Positions 40,248 through 54,976 of a DNA stretch of 64,000 bases are shown piece after piece (position 1 is the stretch's first letter; each line of letters begins with the position of its first letter). The translations under genes were made by a program, and so were the position numbers. Where the stretch lies: contig OX597830.1 of the NCBI GenBank assembly GCA_951406725.2, forward strand, positions 63,736,001-63,800,000, given 5' to 3'. Under the pieces are notes generated by a model, which ran no database searches, was not told the origin of the DNA, and saw nothing but the letters and a program-made list of their open reading frames with translations. Source of the stretch: Octopus vulgaris (Eukaryota).

Positions 40248-40816
40248 AGCGCAAGTATGGCTGTGTGGTAAGTAGTTTGCTTTCCAACCGCAGGATTCTA
40301 GGTTCTGGCCTACAGCGTAGTAACTTCGGCGAATGTCTTCTACTATAGTCCCGGGTCAACCAGAGCCTTGTGAGTAGATTTGGTAGATGGAAACTGTGTA
40401 GAAGCCCTTCGTACACACACACACACATATACAAATATGCGAAAAGCTTCTACGCAATTTAAATATATATATGTGAATGTGTGTGTGCCCGTGTGGGTCT
40501 GTGTGTGTGCCCGTGTGTGTATGTGTGTGTGTGTGTGTGCCCGCACGAGTGTGTGTGTATGTGTGTACGTATGTTTGCATGTGTGTGTGTTTTTGTGTCT
40601 GTAACTTTCACCCCACCACTTGACAACCAGTGTTGGTTTATTTACGTCCTCGTATCTTAGTGGTTCTGCAAAACAGACCGACAGAATAAGTGCAAAACTT
40701 AACAAAAATAAATAAATAAATAAAATAAACAAGTACAGGCATCGATTTGTTCGACTAAACCCGTCCAGGGGAGTGCCCTAATATGGACGTAGTCCAGTGA
40801 CTGAGACAAGCAAAGA
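40248..40816 (+). mobile_element. SINE family A, older copy with expanded middle
   Basis: Head at 40248 and 3' half at 40600-40816. Confidence 0.8.
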
Positions 40817-41291
40817 CACATTTCGTGTGAAAGGAAAGCTAAACCATGGACATACACATCTATTGAATTCTAATCGTTACTAAACCATTAATAACATTTA
40901 CCATTACTAAAATAAATATCCAATATACAATTGAACGGTTATTGAACAGAACAATATGGCGGCGGTATCAGACACGAAGAGCCATCAACGGAACTATCAG
41001 GATGACAAACAGATTTAACGATTCCTCGGTGAATTCGCCATTAGTCTATAAGCGAGAAAGTAATTGATTACTATTTCTCCCTCCAATTTTATGGAGAAGT
41101 TATGCATATCACAGACAGACAGGTATGCATTTGTATCTATATACACATGTATGTATGTATGTATGTATGTATGTATGTATGTATGTATGTATGTATGTAT
41201 GTATGTATGTATGTATTTATGTATGTATGTATGTATGTTTGTATGTATGTATGTATGTATATATATATATATATACACTCATATATATGTA

Positions 41292-41351
<60 letters not shown>

Positions 41352-41479
41352 CATATATACATACATATACATACATATATACATACATACATAATACACA
41401 CATACGTGCATACATGAGCATATGCATGAAAGAAAGAAATGCCTGTATACAAGAGACCAAGCATAGACATTTCTTTCTT

Positions 41480-41530
<51 letters not shown>

Positions 41531-41608
41531 ATATATGTATATATATATATGTATATATGTATATATATGTATATATATGTATATATATGTGTGTATATAT
41601 GTATATAC

Positions 41609-41666
<58 letters not shown>

Positions 41667-41959
41667 CATGCACAAACGCATAATTTGAACACACCAACAA
41701 ATTCACACACACACACAAACATACACGCACACACAAACAAAGACACAGAGACATATTTTCTACTGTCATAGAAGGCTATACAAGAAAGCTGCTTATATCA
41801 ATGAATGAATGAATCAATCAATCAAGGTCAATGTTGTTGTGTGGAGTAGCCCAGACACCTCGTTACTGGTTATCAGTCAGAGATCTCGATATACAGAGAG
41901 AACATCTGACAAAAAAAAAAGGCATATTTCAGCTGTCAATAGACCAAAGTGGTTACTTT

Positions 41960-42650
41960 GCTGAAGGTAATGCAACACATGCAAACACCGTTCACATATA
42001 TAGGACAGCTGTTGTTACATATATAGATAACACAATTCAAATATCTGGAGCAAATATCTAGGACAGTGCTCCTAAAGTTACATGCACAAATGCTGATCGC
42101 ATACCTTAGACAGTGTAACTGCCATCACATGCATTGTGGTCACAAATCTAGAATAGTCTTCCTACAGTTACATGAACAATCACTGTTCACATACTTAGGA
42201 CAGTGTAACTACCATCACATGCATTGCGGCCACAGAACAAAGATAGCGTTCCTGAAATTGCATGCACAAACACCGCTCACAAACCTAAGACAGTGTTGTG
42301 CTTGTTACAGTGTTCATTTATCTAGGCCAATGCTATTTCAATTATATGTATTCACATATATCTAGTACAGAATTTCTGCTGTTACATGCAGAATGGTTAT
42401 ATATTTGGGACAGTAATGCAGGTATTACACGCACAAAAGTTCTTGAAATTTGATTTTTGTTGTTGTTGTTGTTGCTGCTATTGTTAATGTCAGTGTTGTT
42501 ACTGTTACATGCACAAACATATCTAGGACACTGCTGCTGCTGATGTTTTATATACAGTGGTCACACATAAAACACCCGAAACTATTCTCGGACAATATTA
42601 CCGTTATTGCTGTCGCTGTTACATGCACAAATATCCTCGACCACAATTAA
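41960..42650 (+). repeat. Degenerate minisatellite, about 90-bp period (about 45-bp subunits)
   Basis: gttacatgcacaaa...ggacagtg recurs at 42077, 42167 and 42257, and more loosely beyond. Confidence 0.75.
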
Positions 42651-42754
42651 CTAGACTTCACCAACGTTTTTCAATCGTGAGGCATCACACACACATTGTT
42701 TCGCCCCTCTACTTTTATACTGTTATGATAATGGTCTCTCTTCTTATCAACCAG

Positions 42755-42921
42755 CAGCCTTCGTTTTACTGTCGCTGCGGTCGAGTCGCTGCATTGGTTT
42801 CACAACTTCCTATCTTCCCATCTGTGTTTCATTTCCATGAAACACTGCACTGTGTTAAGCACTTTGTTCGCTCGTTCTTCCCTACAATTACCATCCACCG
42901 GAATTTTGTCATTATCCAAAG
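42755..42921 (+). other. Candidate exon of an unidentified transcript
   Basis: Acceptor tctctcttcttatcaaccag(cag) and donor AAG|gtaaat, in non-repetitive sequence. No recognisable protein. Confidence 0.25.
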
Positions 42922-43098
42922 GTAAATGAGTATACACAAGATCTATTTATCTATCTGGCTGTTTGCCTGTCTGTCTGTCTGCACCTGTGTATGTATATGC
43001 AAAAACAAAGGAAGAAGTCAACCAGACCAGTAGACACAACACTTACAAGTAAACGCACATTCATATACATATATAGACGCATTATATATATGTATTTA

Positions 43099-43162
<64 letters not shown>

Positions 43163-43589
43163 CGTAGGAATGAAACACAGATGGGAAGATGTGTATGTAT
43201 ATATATATATATACGTGTGTGTGTGTGTGTGTATGTATATATATATAATTTGTTTATAGAAAATTTATTTCTCATGCATTGACTTTTTCATACAAAAAAA
43301 ATTAATAAAAAAATCAATAACAAAAAATATAATGAAATAAAAGCTAACCATAAAATAAAAATTAAATATGTTAAAATCGGAAAATTGATCTCAAAATGTT
43401 ATTCTTTTACCTCTATTTTTATTTATTTTATTTATTTATTTATATGTTTATTATTGTAATAATTACTCTTCAATTTTTACTGATTTCCAATATAATGCCA
43501 GGCCTCTTCCGCCGCCAAACCGGACCTCCTTTGTGACGACATTTTTCTGTCCTTTGAGAACGAATAAATGCTTGTTGGTCTTTCCCCCC

Positions 43590-44150
43590 TTGATCCCTCT
43601 GTCTGAATGTCTATCTCTCTGCTTCTCTTTCTCCATATCTCTCCTTGTCTCTCCCTAACTCCCCCTTGCTCCGTCTTCCTCTCTCTCTATTTCCCTTTCT
43701 CTTTCCCTGTCTCTCTTTCTCTCGTCTCTATCTCTCTCTCACTCCCCTCTCTTTTGCCCCCCTCTCTCTCCGCCATTCTCCTTACCTTTCTTCCTCTCTC
43801 TTCTCCTTTACCCCTCTCTCTGACACATTTCCATGTTTCTTTTTTTTTCTATCTTCTTTTCTCTCACTCTCTTAATCTTGCTCTCTCTCTCTCTCTGTTA
43901 CTCTTACTCTATCTTTCCCTCCATTTTCTCCTCCCATTTTTCTCTCCTTCTTTCCCCCCTCTCTCCACTTCTTCTTCCCCCTCTTCTTTTCTCTCTCTGT
44001 ACCTTTCTCTCTTTCTCCCTGACATATTTCCATGTGGCTTTCCCTCTCTCAATTCTAGCTGCTCTTATCTTAAACTTGCTCACACTCTCCTATTCTTTCT
44101 CACTTTCTTACTCTCTCTCTCTCTCTCTCTTTCTCTCCCTCTCCTTCCCC
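43590..44150. repeat. Polypyrimidine (CT-rich) low-complexity tract
   Basis: Direct reading of the sequence. Confidence 0.9.
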
Positions 44151-44292
44151 ATTTATAAGATAAATTTCAAAATACAAAACCTCGCTTTCATAAAGCAAAT
44201 CGTGATTTAATGATGATGATGTCAACAAATTTTGATTTCTTTTGTCACTCACCGCATTCGCCAAATTTTTTCCTACATTTATTCTCCTCGTC

Positions 44293-44305
44293 GCTATCAT
44301 CATCG

Positions 44306-44352
<47 letters not shown>

Positions 44353-44668
44353 GTTATCATCATCATCGTTATCATCATCATCATCATCATCGTTATCATC
44401 ATCATCGTTATCATCATCATCATCATCATCATCATCATCGTCGTCGTCGTCATCATCGTCGTCATCATCATCATCATCATCGTCATCATCATCGTCATCA
44501 TCATCATCATCATTATCATCATCATCATCGTCGTCGTCGTCGTCATCATCGTCGTCATCATCATCGTCATCATCATCGTCGTCATCATCATCATTGTCAT
44601 CATCATCATCATCATCATCGTCAACATCATCATCATCGTCGTCATCATCATCGTCATCATCATCATCG

Positions 44669-44736
<68 letters not shown>

Positions 44737-44865
44737 GTCATCATCGTCATCATCATCATCATCATCGTCGTCGTCATCATCGTCATCATCATCATCGTCA
44801 TCATCATCGTCATCATCAGTGTCATCGTCATCGTCGTCATCATCATCATCATCATCATCATCACT

Positions 44866-44907
<42 letters not shown>

Positions 44908-45300
44908 GTCGTCGTCGTCGTCGTCGTCATCATCATCATCATCGTCGTCGTCGTCGTCATCATCATCATCATCATCATCATCATAACCATCATACCACTA
45001 CCGTCATTATCATCACAGCCATCACGAGCGTTATGCCGACCTTCATCGTTGCCGTGATGGTCCCCATCATCCCTGCCATCGCCATCCCCATCGCCTCAAT
45101 AAAGATCACCATCATCATCACCAACACCATGATCATCATTACCATTTTGGTCGTCGACGTCGTCGTCGTCGTCATCGCCATCATCACCATCACCGACGTC
45201 ATCATCATCATTAGCGCCTCTACCAAAACCACCGCCACCACCATAATCACCACTATCATCATCATCATCATCATCATTACCATCACAGTCATCATCATGA
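44293..45300. repeat. About 1-kb (ATC/GTC)n trinucleotide array grading into degenerate (ACC/ATC)n
   Basis: Direct reading of the sequence. Confidence 0.97.
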
Positions 45301-47864
45301 TCCTCATATTTATTTATTTTTGTAATGTGTTTTTTCCTTCTGTTATTTACTGCATATCATTATCATCATCTTATCTCAACACGGATTTTCTGTTACCACT
45401 CATCACACCCCACCACCACCACCACCACCACCCATCGCCACCCGCCACTGCACCCAACCCTCCCCCCGCCGTTTTCGTAATTAAGATAAAGAACATGATT
45501 GATTTATCTTATTTACAACTTTATTTCTTAGAAACTTTTCAGACCTTTCTTCATTACATCTTCAAATTGTTGTTGTTGTTGTTATTGTCGTTATTTAATA
45601 ATCATGTTCTTATTGTTGTCTTTTCTTTTTTGTGTTTTTGAAAACATAATTTTTGTTGTTATTGTTGTTGTTGTTGTTGTAGCTGTTGTTAATGTTATTT
45701 TATAATTATGTAGTCGTTATTGTTGTTGTTATTATTGTTGCTGTTCTCTGCTTCAGTTTGTGATTTTAAATCCAATTATTCTATTATTATTTTTAAAAAA
45801 TAATAATATCGATAAATATATTATAGGTGATCATTGATTGGATTATTGCATATAGAAATTATACACACATACATATACACATACCCTCACGCGTACGCAT
45901 ACGTACACCTACAGTGAAAAACACAACACACAAACATTCATATAAAAGCAAAAAATAAAAGACAAAAGCAAAAAAAAAACATTGCACTTGAAAGAAAGAA
46001 AAACAATTAATCCGATAATAACCTTTAACAGGAATTGAACCATGAAACTCTTGTTACAGATGTCAAGTTCAACTCTTGGTAGTGATTAGAAAAAGTTTTC
46101 TTTCAATGTTAATGGTTATAATTATGTTAATATATGCATATTGGAGTGTGTGAGTGTATGTATGTGTGTATGCAATTATGTACGCAAGTACGTATGTATG
46201 TATGTATGTATGTATGTATGTATGTATGTATGTATGTATGTATGTATGTATGTATGTATGTATGTATGGATAGATGGCTGCATGCATGCATGTATGTATG
46301 CATGTGTGTATGTGTGAGGAAATGTGTGACTATGTATAACTAATTAGTAAATTGTACGGACAGGATCAGTGTGTAGTTAATTGAAAATACCTTTAAAGCC
46401 CGATATATACAACATACCCAATAGTTTGGTTACTGGAACCAGAACAGTTCTGCTCCATTGTCAAAATACGTTCAGTAGTTAAGAGATATAGAGGTAAAAG
46501 CAACCTACAAAAAAAAAATGATGTATCGCGTTAAATAAAGACCAACATCTTTTGTACAAATTGTACTCTGTTTGCAACTAAAAATCTCATAATATTAACA
46601 ATACACCACAACATAAAAAATATGAAAATAGAAATACTTTATTTATATTAAAAAACAATTCAAATTTCTGTCACTCAAACATATTCCTCAGTCAGGGTCT
46701 CATTTGTCTTGCAAACCGGTGAATATATAAATAAAATTCTGTATTAGGAATGCGAAATATCAAACTTGGCATAATAAAATCTAATGTTTTATTCAAAAAT
46801 ATTTTGAAACTTGAAAATTTGGAATTGAAAAAAAGAAACGGGATGTTCTGTGAGAAATTTCTACCGAAAACACGATTTTCATCCTTGGATAACAACCAAG
46901 AAGGTTTGAAAAATGGCTATTTCTTGTTTCCTTCAAACTTTGCTTTTGCTACATTTATTCAAACCCCAAAGAATCCCTCTCAACATATGGCTATCATGTT
47001 CCCCCACGACTCCTGCTCATGATCAGAGATGCACATATTGTCAGCCGCTAAGGGACATGCTCAGTTAGTTAAGGACAAGTAACTGACAAACAAATGTATG
47101 GTATTGAGCAGAATATTTGCTATAACAATATTCCTACTTCAGCAACTCAGTGCTGAATCTGTGTGAAATGTAATGGAAAATAGGTCAGCTTCAAAATATT
47201 GATGTCTGGGTCGCGAAAACAAAGTTTGAAGGGAATAGCAGTCATTTCCTTTAATTTCTAGATTGAAGCAAATACTGACAAAAGTAAAAAACCATAAGTT
47301 TTGTTACACAATGTAATTGATATTTCTTGTCGCGAATTTACGATCTTAACCTGAAATTTATATTCTCAAGTAATTTATGCATAGTATACACAGAATATAA
47401 ACATATTGTAGGATATCCAAAGAAATGTTTTGGAACCCGAACACTTTTAAAATGATTTTTGTTTCATAGCAGAAAATTTATCGTCTGCGGTAATTTGTAT
47501 GTTCGGAAACTCAAAGCAACTTTCATTCAAAGATATTAAGTATAATAAACAATTATAATCTTGAATGTGAACAGAGAAATTTTTCTCTTGTTTCACGTGT
47601 GTATATTTATATACGTATGCATGTACGCATGCATGTATGTATGTATTTATGTCTGTATAAATATATGTAGATGTATAAATTTAATGCACAATACGGGCAT
47701 GTAAAATAAGTTATCATCTATTTATTACGCATTTAAACTGAGTTATAAGGTAGAGGTTGCGAAAAGATCGTTGTAATATGGGTGTCAAATGGTGAAATAA
47801 ATATATTTATCATATACCTCTTCTCTTTGTATTTTATGTATAATTATATATATAAAAGAGAGTT

Positions 47865-47898
<34 letters not shown>

Positions 47899-48226
47899 CC
47901 TTATGCATTCGAAAACTGAGTTGCCGAGTTTGACGTATGGGGTATTAAAAAATTCAGTAATCTTTCGGCCTCCAAATAAACTTTATTTTCATTTACATAT
48001 TTTCTACGTTATCTCAACAACCATCTATGATTATTTGAAAAAAAAACCCCAAAAAACCGTGCACTACAACGACCAGGTTTCGATAGAAAGTGAAAATAGT
48101 TTCACACTTGCAATTTGAACCAACGATACAAAGTGTTGCATTACGCGAGTGACGATGTGTGAATAATGAAAGTAATGTTTCTCTGAATTACTCACATCAA
48201 TGCAATAATAAAGAAAGCAGCTTATC

Positions 48227-48308
<82 letters not shown>

Positions 48309-49928
48309 AAGCTAACAAATAAATTATGTTTTAGGCACAAAAACTCATTTTACTACTAAAATAATCTCGGAAACGAGGCAGGGTCGCACACTTTTGAGGT
48401 CATTTTCGGGCAATATTTTGATTTGCTTCTTATGTTTCACTTTCCTCTGATTTTCACGCATGCATAGAATTCTACTCAGATAAACGTTTATGAAAATGTA
48501 CACGTATATATTGTATTAAAATAAGCCACAACCCCCCAAAATTCATTAAAAGACATCCATTTCTCTATATGTTATAAGGAAATACGGTCACTCACTCTCT
48601 CTCTCTCTTTCACATGCACACACACATACATGCATACAAAAAGATGTGTGTATATGTATTTATGTACGTGTATATGAAAGATAATGTGTGTGAGAGAGAA
48701 AGTGCCACTTACACATAGATGCAAAATATACATACATGACAACACACCTTCACCCACTCACTCACTCACTTACTCTCTCTCTCTCTCTCTTGGTAAAATT
48801 TCTGTACCAATTATGTTATTTTTTGCAGCTAAAACCAATTGAAATGATCTTTTTTTATTCTATGATTCGTGTTTGTAATGAGCGTATTTAAAAACCTGAT
48901 CTTTGATATAAATTTAAAAGGAAGTCTTCCCAGAAAACCTGTCCCTTACCTGTTGTTTCTGGCATGTCCAAGGTAACATTTATGTCCCCACCTTATTTTT
49001 TCCTAAATCTCTTCTGATTCCTATGTTTTCAATACAGGAGTTTAGGATTTCGCCCAAAACACACGTTCTAAATATTTTGACTTTCTCCTTCCCCCACCCC
49101 AAATTTCTTCATTTTTACTTTTTTCCAAATTTTTTTCTTGGTAATCTACGGAGAATTTCTTGAAACACTAAAATCTCCTTCCCAAACATCCACCCATCAT
49201 TACCTGACCACTTTCAAAACGCTACAAGCGCCTAATATTTCACTTTTAGCTTTTTGGAAAGCGGAGAAGTTTCTTCAGAAATAATGTTGTTTACCTGTTA
49301 TTTCTAGCATGTCAGGTTTTCTGGTGGTGATCTGATATTTTTTACGTCTGCTAATTCAGTAGGCATGCATGAAACATCAGAAGAAAGTGAAAGATTGGGA
49401 GATTTTAGCTTTTTGAAAGCGGGTAGGTCTTGAGTGTGCGAGGTGGAGCGAAGGGGAATTGAGTGTTTCTTTAAAAGAAATTAAACTTTAAAAAAAATAT
49501 ACTTCCCAGATTCGTAATCTCTGTATTTTTCTATATGAGTAAAAAAACAAAATTTGAAAAAGTTACAAATTAAGAATTTGCAATGGGTCAAATTAAAATT
49601 TTGAAAACGTGATTTCTGGGCAAAATCGTATTAACTCCCTTTTATTCGATGAAACAATACATAGTTTGTGATCCTTCTTAAGAAGAGAAGACACCTTCAT
49701 GCAAACCCGTGCAAATTGTACCCTTCTCCTTCACCTTTGAATAAACAATAACTTCCATTACGTTTTCCTCGACGAAATCCACTCATAAGGCTTTGGTCGT
49801 TTCAAGAGTATGGTAAAAGATACATGCCAAAAGTGCCCCGCAGTGGATTTGAGCCCGAAACCAGGTGGTCTAAGAGGAAACGTTTTGCCACACAGTCACA
49901 CATATATATATATATATATATATGTGAG

Positions 49929-49969
<41 letters not shown>

Positions 49970-50320
49970 GCGTGCGTGCGTGTGCATGTGTATGTAAGTG
50001 TGTGTGTGTATGTACTTCAAATATGATTCTAAACGCTGCTACTTGTGTCTGAAGATTACATGAAGGAAATTAGAACTCGAAATGTCTGAAGAATGAATTC
50101 TCAAAGACTCAGTCTGACTGCAATAGAGCAAGTAAGTTGTTCTGTTGACTAAACAACTAGAATGGGCATTTGTTTATCTATTTATTTATTTATTTACTTC
50201 GTCTTCCTTTACTAAATTACAATTGTGATGGGATTTAGGAGGATTCACACACAATTAAATGTGTCTAGTGCCCACATTAGTGAGTTTGATCTCAGAGCCC
50301 TAAAATAAAGTACCACACCA

Positions 50321-50476
50321 GGCGAGGCTGTGTGGTAAGAAGCCTGTGTGCCAACCACATGGTTCTGGGTTCAGTCCAACTGCGTGGCGCCTTGGGCAAG
50401 TGTCTTCTACTATAGCCTCGGGTCGACCAAAGACTTGTGAGTGGATTTGGTAGACGGAAACTGAAAGAAGCCCGTC

Positions 50477-50547
<71 letters not shown>

Positions 50548-50760
50548 CATATGTTTGTGTGTTTGTGTTTGTCCCCCCAACATCGCTTGGCAACCGATGC
50601 TGTTGTGTTTACGTCCCCGTAACTTAGCGGTTTGGCAAAAAGAGGCCGATAGAATAAGTACTAGGCTTACAAAGAATAAGTCCTGGGGTCGATTTGCTCG
50701 ACTAAAGGCGGTGCTCCAGCAAGGCCACAGTCAAATGACTGAAACAAATAAAAGAGTAAA
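50321..50760 (+). mobile_element. SINE family A
   Basis: Both halves and the internal microsatellite present. Confidence 0.9.
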
Positions 50761-51848
50761 AAAAAAGAGTGCAGTGTTCTACTAATTTATCAATCCTGAA
50801 CAGATAAGGGGCTAAACCTACCTCGACGGGAATTGAACTTAAATCCTAAAGTGACATAAAAAAAATATAGTACAGCATTTTATTCGGCGCTATACAGATT
50901 TTCTCTAGATCCATCGCTTTAACAATGAGTGCTAATATAATAAAACAAAAGACTTTAATATTTAATGGCAGTGGTGGAGATGCGGGCAGGTGGGTGGAGA
51001 TTCGTAGCAGGAGCAATCGATTAAATCAAACACCCCCTACTCCTAAATAACTACTTATTTTATCGACCCCGAAATGATGAAAGGCAAAATAGACTCCGCT
51101 GAGATTTGAACTTGGAATATAATGGCAGGCAACTAAATATTGATCAATGGCGTAGACTCGAGGCCACTTGGGATGAGAATATAGTACTTGACTGGCGCTT
51201 TATTTTATCAACCCTGAAACGATAAAAGGCTCGTTAGCTCGTTCTCCTGTGGTTGTTTATAATGGAAGTAACAGTGGTTTATGGCAGCCATTTTAAACCA
51301 TACATTTTCTGTCATTCTCAGCTTCAGTTTTATTTTTATTTACTTTTGTGGTAAAATTGTAATGGCAGTTGACATTACTGCTTTATTGTTGGTGAGAACA
51401 CGCGAACGATGTTGTGTCAGTTTCTCATTCGTTATCAGCAGAATGTCCACATAAAAGTAACATTTCAAACCCAAGCTATTGTTTTGTGAGACTCTCTTCT
51501 TCGTTTGCAGCATCAGTACTCAGCAACGAGATTAATCAGATGAAATAAACGGTAGTTAATGACGCTTATAGGAATAAAATAGAGAATATCTACAACAGTA
51601 TAAAATCATATTCAATATCTTAAATACAATGGACACAGCAGTGAGTAGAATAAAACAAAATGCGTATAAAGTATATTATATGAAACAAATATAATAGCAT
51701 CACAACATATGAATACATCGTCGAACAAACCCTTAAACAGAACTCAACATGCATTGCACCCAATAATAAAAAAAAATATATAAAAATATGCTACAAAAAC
51801 GCGATTACTAAAAGTCTCTTCATCAGAAACAATCCAATAGCTAAGTGC

Positions 51849-52270
<422 letters not shown>

Positions 52271-52486
52271 ACAAACATATTACTTTTATTTTGATTCAGT
52301 CTCTTGTAATTCTGAGTTTCGCCTGTGGGAACGCAAGTTTCCTCTGCATCCACCGGCAAAAGCTAGACTAACAAGAGGTGGACTTCACCACAATATACAA
52401 AACAAAAAGCATTATGAACCTCTAATCTAATATCGAGAACTCTTCCTTCTAACAGTCAACACTAAACAGATATATATATATATATA

Positions 52487-52518
<32 letters not shown>

Positions 52519-52821
52519 TATTTACGTGTGTGTATATACATATATATTCATAAATGCATATACGAATATATATATGTAATCTACGAATATAAATATACAT
52601 ATATAAAGAAATGAATACAATACACACACACACACACACATATATATGTATAATCTATGTACATATAACATTATGTGTATATATATATATATGCCTATGT
52701 ACACACATATACACATATATATACACATATACATAGTGCAAAGATATTAACACGAAACATACTTTAGATGTGTACCTATGTATATGTATATGTGCGTGTG
52801 TATATATATATATATATATAA

Positions 52822-53042
52822 AGTGGTGAGCTGGTAAAATCGTTTGTGTGTCGGACAAAATGCTTAGCGGTAGTTCGTCGTCTTTACGTTCTGGGTTCAA
52901 ATTCCGCCGTGGTCAACTTTGCTTCGCATCCTTTCGGGATCGATAAAATAAGCACCAGAGTTGAGCATTGAGGTAGGGGGTACTGATGTAATTGATTTAC
53001 CCTCTTCCCCAAAATTGCTGGCCTTGTCTCAAAATTTCAGAA
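52822..53042 (+). mobile_element. SINE family B, diverged
   Basis: gtggtgagctggtaaaatcgtt head, gttcaaattcc B box and core. Confidence 0.8.
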
Positions 53043-53489
53043 CGATATATATTATATATTTACATAGGTATATATACACACTTTCAGACAATAGATTTCT
53101 ACCAAGTGTCCCTATGTCGAAAAATTCCTTTTAAGTCATTAGAAAGTACAAGTTACCGTCACCAGACTAGCCCTGTCCGCCTACTTTTACACACCTGAGC
53201 GCCCTCTTAACTTTTTACCTTCTTCATTCACATTTTCTCTATTTTTATACTTCGCACATATAAGGATGGAAACGCAGAATTATGTATTCCGATGTGAGCA
53301 CTAAGATCCTGTTAATAGATTGTATAAAGTTCATTCATATCTTATACACACACTCACCCATACCCACTCCTCGCACACACACACACGCACGGCGACCGGT
53401 TGAATAGTGCAACCGGTCATTGAACGATGACAGAAATGTAAGATGGATCCGTCGCTCGTCTCAGATCGTGACGTCTGTCTTTCTGGTGT

Positions 53490-53537
53490 CTGTGGCTGAA
53501 GAAAAGATAACCACTCCGGAATGCATGTGTCCAACAG
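53490..53537 (+). ncRNA. Decayed hammerhead-like remnant
   Basis: ctgtgg CTGAAGA ... cGGAAt gcatgt GTC caacag. Stem II is poor and GAAA is mutated. Confidence 0.3.
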
Positions 53538-53683
53538 TCTGGTTAGGGAACACTGTGAGCTGACTCGGTGTGTTTTGCATCTGTGTGTCTACAGCGGGAA
53601 AATTTTCCATGATATAATACACTGAAAAGATTTCTTATGGGTTCGAACATGCCTCAAGCATATGGGAACTGGTAACAAGTTTC

Positions 53684-53745
<62 letters not shown>

Positions 53746-53764
53746 GCATGTTGTGTGTCTTGGC

Positions 53765-54045
53765 TGGTTAATGCCTCGTGAGTGAATTTGATAGATGGAA
53801 ACTGCATAGAATCCCGTTGTATATGTATATGCGTGGACGTTCAGGTCTTTTGCGTTTGTATATGTCTTCCATCGCTTGTGCCAGGCTCTCTTACATACCC
53901 GCAACTTAGTGACTCCGCAAAAGTGTCCGATACAATGAGGAGCAAATTTAGAATGAGTACGGGGATCGGCTTCTTTTTTCGACTAACCCAGCTTGGCAGT
54001 GCTCCAGTATGGCCGCAGTTTAATAACTGAAACAGATAAAATAAT
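53765..54045 (+). mobile_element. SINE family A, decayed
   Basis: gtgagtgaatttgatagatggaaactg ... gctccagtatggccgcagt...actgaaaca. Confidence 0.65.
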
Positions 54046-54349
54046 AATAAAGACATAAAACAATGGAGCGAGCGAGATTGGCACTAAAATAAACTTCACA
54101 GCACAGCCTTGAAAATTGGAAAAAATAAATGGATTCTTGTCTTCAAAAAATGTAAAACAAATGTTCCTGAGTTACAAAGGGGTTGTAATTACACAGAAAT
54201 GTTACCACCACAATCCAGAAGCTTATACATAAATATTTGACTAAAAGAGGTGCAACCAGCCAAAACGCTTGATTAAACATTTAAAACTTACGGAGCTCCA
54301 ACTTTGTACGTCTTTCCAGTATGGCAGCAATAATAATAATAATAATAAT

Positions 54350-54900
54350 AAAGATATGAAACAATGGAGTGAATGAAAGTGGGACTAAAATCAGTGTACA
54401 CGAGGGTAGGCGTGGAGTCTCAGAGCCTTGGCTAGCAACCCACCTTGTGATGCTGTCACGATGAAAATACTGGTGACTGCACAACCTTATAAATGCTACC
54501 TCTCAATGAGTGATATCAAAATTAAATAATGACTACAATTGCGCTAACGGGACTGGATCTGTTTACAGTGAAGGTGCCACGCACGGCAGGCAGGGACTAT
54601 CTGATCAAGTTCTGGCAGGTCGTCATCAAGCTATCGATCAGGACAAAAATCACTGTCAAAAGTGCAAAATAAAAAGAATGAAATGGGAAAAAGATGCAAA
54701 CAAAATAGTAAAGAGATTGGAATAGAATGGTCAGTAGAGCTCCTACAGAAAGTTTGTCTCTTAGGGACAGCAAGGATTATCAGGAGGGTTTTAGGCACTT
54801 GAAAGACAGCTAAAGCCTTGTGGATACCTAGGTTTTACAGGTAGTGACCCGCTACCCCCATAAGTCCTACAAGGAATAAGACCGAACCTGAGCTAAATCA
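54350..54900 (+). mobile_element. Internally deleted R4/Dong-like element (probable 5' end fused to 3' end)
   Basis: 54735-54900 encodes ELLQKVCLLGTARIIRRVL* and matches 25875-26004. Upstream KRMKWEKDANKIV resembles an R4 N-terminal Myb-like start. (TAA)n on both sides. Confidence 0.6.
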
Positions 54901-54901
54901 A

Positions 54902-54974
<73 letters not shown>

Positions 54975-54976
<2 letters not shown>

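Noticed and set aside
41960-42650. CRISPR-like repeat-spacer array
   Set aside because: Units are degenerate along their whole length with no unique spacers. The context is eukaryotic and there are no cas genes.
44100-45641. Long poly-His/poly-Ser/poly-Ile/poly-Met ORFs (up to 469 aa)
   Set aside because: They are translations of an (ATC/GTC)n array that is open in several frames, with no domain or splice support.
46380-49680. Helitron/Helentron-like remnants
   Set aside because: Only vague motif resemblance. No termini or coding evidence could be pinned down.
50049-50096. CTGAAGA...GAAATGTC hammerhead candidate
   Set aside because: Stem II and stem I pairing are too weak to support.
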